Shown here in pieces: positions 63,973 through 64,000 of a DNA stretch of 64,000 nt. Source of the stretch: Eledone cirrhosa (taxonomy: Eukaryota); contig OZ024741.1 of assembly GCA_964016885.1 (NCBI GenBank), positions 401,574,001-401,638,000 on the forward strand, written 5' to 3'. The position numbers and the translations under genes are program-made. Positions within the stretch are counted from its first letter, which is position 1, and each line of letters begins with the position of its first letter. Under the pieces are notes generated by a model that was not told where the DNA came from, made no database searches, and saw only the letters and a list, made by a program, of their open reading frames with translations.

Positions 63973-64000
63973 GTAACATATTTCTGATTAAAATAATTAT

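Larger units (their letters stand above)
39480..64000. repeat. ~1.88-kb tandem units (modules M7-M17) with highly similar introns
   Basis: Exon C starts 58433, 60315, 62195 (spacing 1882, 1880); intron text recurs nearly verbatim. Confidence 0.93.

Overview
AT-rich animal genomic DNA; the SINE/LINE repertoire suggests a cephalopod such as Octopus (inference). The whole window lies inside one + strand, intron-containing gene with neither start nor stop visible. The gene is a tandem array of a 4-exon, 504-nt (168-aa) module: exon A (57 nt) and exon B (45 nt) encode a Thr/Pro-rich mucin-like linker, and exon C (266 nt) and exon D (136 nt) encode a Cys-bracketed ~133-aa domain resembling a divergent discoidin/F5-8 type C fold. 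Parts of 18 modules (M0-M17) are visible, all with canonical AG/GT sites and consistent phases (A 1-1, B 1-1, C 1-0, D 0-1). The introns are packed with retroelements: CR1-like LINEs (two ~99% identical copies plus older pieces), three RTE-like LINE copies, CRE-, R4/Dong- and Tx1-like fragments, two tRNA-SINE families, solo-LTR-like inserts and TTAA MITEs. Notable non-standard items are an intronic foldback carrying a type I hammerhead-ribozyme-like motif, a 61-bp satellite born from the 3' end of the CR1 ORF2, a hypervariable patch in the otherwise homogenised domain, and a dead duplicate of exon D. There is one 200-N assembly gap (15203-15402). All calls are by eye; no database searches were run.
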